Part shown: one piece after another, positions 30,221-32,000 of the stretch
Numbering within the stretch: position 1 is the stretch's first letter
Layout: each line of letters begins with the position of its first letter
Assembly: GCF_000014265.1 (NCBI RefSeq)
Contig: NC_008312.1
Coordinates: forward strand, 3,990,001-4,022,000
Reading direction: 5' to 3'
Length of the DNA stretch: 32,000 nucleotides
DNA from: Trichodesmium erythraeum IMS101
GTDB taxonomy: Bacteria; Cyanobacteriota; Cyanobacteriia; Cyanobacteriales; Microcoleaceae
Program-made: the position numbers and the translations under genes
The notes under the pieces: generated by a model
Databases searched by the model: none
Told to the model about the DNA's origin: nothing
Seen by the model: the letters and a program-made list of their open reading frames with translations, nothing else

Positions 30221-30817
30221 TTAAATAGATCCATAACGTTCTTCTGACCAAGGCTCACCACGTTTGTGATAACCATTACGTTCCCAGAAACCTAATTCTT
30301 CATTGTCTAGAAATTCTAGTCCATTAATCCATTTTGCACTTTTCCAAGCATAGAGATGAGGAACTACTAATCGTACAGGACCACCATGATTATAAGGTAA
30401 TGGTTCATCAAATAGAGTGTGAGCAAAGAAATTTTCTTCTCGAAGGAAATCAGACAAAGAAATATTAGTAGTGTAACCTCCATAGCAATGTTCCATAATA
30501 TGGATAGCTTTGGGGTCTAACTCTACATGAGCCATCAAATCTATAACTTTTACCCCTGTCCACTGAACATCAAGTTTTGACCAACGAGTCACACAATGAA
30601 AATCTGCTTTAAAGTGATTTTGTGGCATTGCCATTAAATCTAACCAATTAAAAGTAATTGGTTTAGCCAAACCCCATACTTTTAACTGCCATTTGTCCTG
30701 ACTAATATTAGGAGTCTCACCATAAGTTAGTACGGGGAAACCTTTAGCCAAGTGCTGACCAGGAGGAACGCGATCGCTTAATTCTGCTTCTGGTTTTCGG
30801 AAAAATTTACCTAACAT
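30221..30817 (-). CDS. sulfite-oxidase-like molybdopterin-dependent oxidoreductase (small single-domain form)
   Basis: 198-aa ORF. DRVPPGQ...FPVL, DFHCVTRWSKLDVQWTGV and GGPVRLVVPHLYAWKSAKW match the Oxidored_molyb (YedY/MsrP / SUOX) fold, including the Mo-ligand Cys context. Confidence 0.88.
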   Translation of the reverse strand: MLGKFFRKPEAELSDRVPPGQHLAKGFPVLTYGETPNISQDKWQLKVWGLAKPITFNWLDLMAMPQNHFKADFHCVTRWSKLDVQWTGVKVIDLMAHVELDPKAIHIMEHCYGGYTTNISLSDFLREENFFAHTLFDEPLPYNHGGPVRLVVPHLYAWKSAKWINGLEFLDNEELGFWERNGYHKRGEPWSEERYGSI

Positions 30818-31399
30818 GGTTAACTATTTTCGGTTACTTGCTTAATTATTTCTATAATTGACTTAGTTCACTGATAAATAAGCTTTATAAGCTTTGTCAT
30901 TATACTTCTCCCAAAATTAATATCAAACGAGGCAAAACAAAGCAAAAACTCAGTGATCCCAAATACATATTAACTATACTATATTATCAATTTAACTAAT
31001 TCCAAGAAACTACTATAAATAGAATGAATCTTACCTATATAATTCCCTTAAGTCTTTTTTTCTAGCTACTTTTATCAGTTTCAATGCTGAGATCAAAACC
31101 TTGGATAGCATTCCTAGGATATTGACACCTTGTATAGAGTTCATTAGATCAACTTGGTTTTTTAACATAATTTCTTGGTTATTTCAGGTTGGATATTCAC
31201 TACTGTTACTTTCTACCGGTGAAACTTACTCACCAAATAAGCGACTATTCTCATACTCACCAGGTAATATAGTGTGGACTTCTCCCTTCTCAGTCCTGGT
31301 ATTCCGTAGGACTTAGGCGTACCTTCAATACAGGATACCCAACTGCCCTATTTTTTTCTATTTCTAGCTACATTTTGACCACAACAAATCACAATTTTC

Positions 31400-32000
31400 C
31401 AGGGCAAGAATAAACTTTCTGTGATCATCATTTAGGGACTGTTTCTCAAAAAATTAACCCATCTTGACTGATACCATTTGGATTTACATTTATCATGTTA
31501 TGTCCAATATTTCTAGAGGTTTAGACTTTTCTAATATAAAGCTTCTGACTGCCTCATAAGTGCATAAATACCTTTAAGGCAAAATTTCTGTATTCAAGAA
31601 TCATAAAAACTGGTAGAAGTCCCAGGGATAACCTTACCCTAAAGCTTTGACAGTTAAAATACTCAGCAGTTGACTCCCACCTGGATCATAGATTTATTTG
31701 CTCAATCTTGTTTTTGCTAATTTTTTAACATTTAAGTTTTCGTAGACAATAATTTTAGACTTTTGAGCATAACCTATTAGCAGGAGAGAAACTGAAAATC
31801 CTTTCTTTTTTCCTCTGCTATTTTTTGATTCTGTTTAGAAACTGCCATCAGAGCCTTCAACCTGCTTTTACTTCCTGATTAATTTTTATTATAAAAACAT
31901 AAACTTTTACTATTGAGGTAAAAAGCATTCATTATCAATTAATGGCACCAAAAAGTCTCATGAACTTATCCTCTATTCATCTCACATCAAATTGAAAATT
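31400..32000 (-). pseudogene. IS200/IS605-family TnpB (OrfB) relic, 5' part outside the window
   Basis: The minus-strand translation around 31770-31600 gives ..GYAQKSKIIVYENLNVKKLAKTRLSK*IYDPGGSQLLSILTVKALG*GYPWDFYQFL*. This matches the TnpB RuvC-II region (..iaiEdLnvkgm..LaksI.DagWgqf...L.YKA...G). Stops and frameshifts run throughout. Confidence 0.55.

Noticed and set aside
30058-31316. ORFs 30058..30276 (minus strand) and 31101..31316 (plus strand, TTG start).
   Set aside because: The first overlaps the 3' end of the molybdoenzyme gene in another frame and has no motifs. The second lies over the putative IS605-type right-end region antisense to the TnpB relic.

Overview
AT-rich cyanobacterial chromosomal window. 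It has 10 exact HIP1 octamers (GCGATCGC) and an STRR-like heptamer repeat. By inference it comes from a repeat- and pseudogene-rich filamentous genome of the Trichodesmium/Oscillatoriales type. Eleven apparently intact CDS cover about 62% of the 32 kb by my arithmetic on ORF lengths. They are a 5'-partial hypothetical gene, an archaeal-type glycogen debranching enzyme, two very large RTX/beta-roll secreted proteins (2145 aa and 1197 aa), a Uma2-family endonuclease, purL, a PlsC-family acyltransferase, an NAD(P)-aldehyde dehydrogenase, two tandem paralogous 2OG-Fe(II) oxygenases and a small sulfite-oxidase-like molybdopterin oxidoreductase. The rest is decayed genes, decayed mobile elements and structured or repetitive non-coding DNA. 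The decayed genes are a TPR protein, a Ser/Thr kinase and a PPP-type phosphatase. The decayed mobile elements are two inverted IS4-family relics bracketing the aldehyde dehydrogenase and a TnpB relic at the right edge. I do not see a convincing multi-gene novel system such as a defence island, biosynthetic cluster or secretion apparatus. The least explained and most interesting structure is a tandem array of ~255-bp units at 3540-4480. Each unit reads on the minus strand as promoter, variable segment, conserved mini-ORF/hairpin, then T-run. That suggests an array of small RNA or micropeptide genes. Other items worth a second look are the mosaic cassette build of the two RTX proteins, GC-rich islands and dispersed hairpin repeats in the long AT-rich spacers, and the composite-transposon-like context of the aldehyde dehydrogenase. 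No rRNA, intact tRNA or CRISPR array was found.
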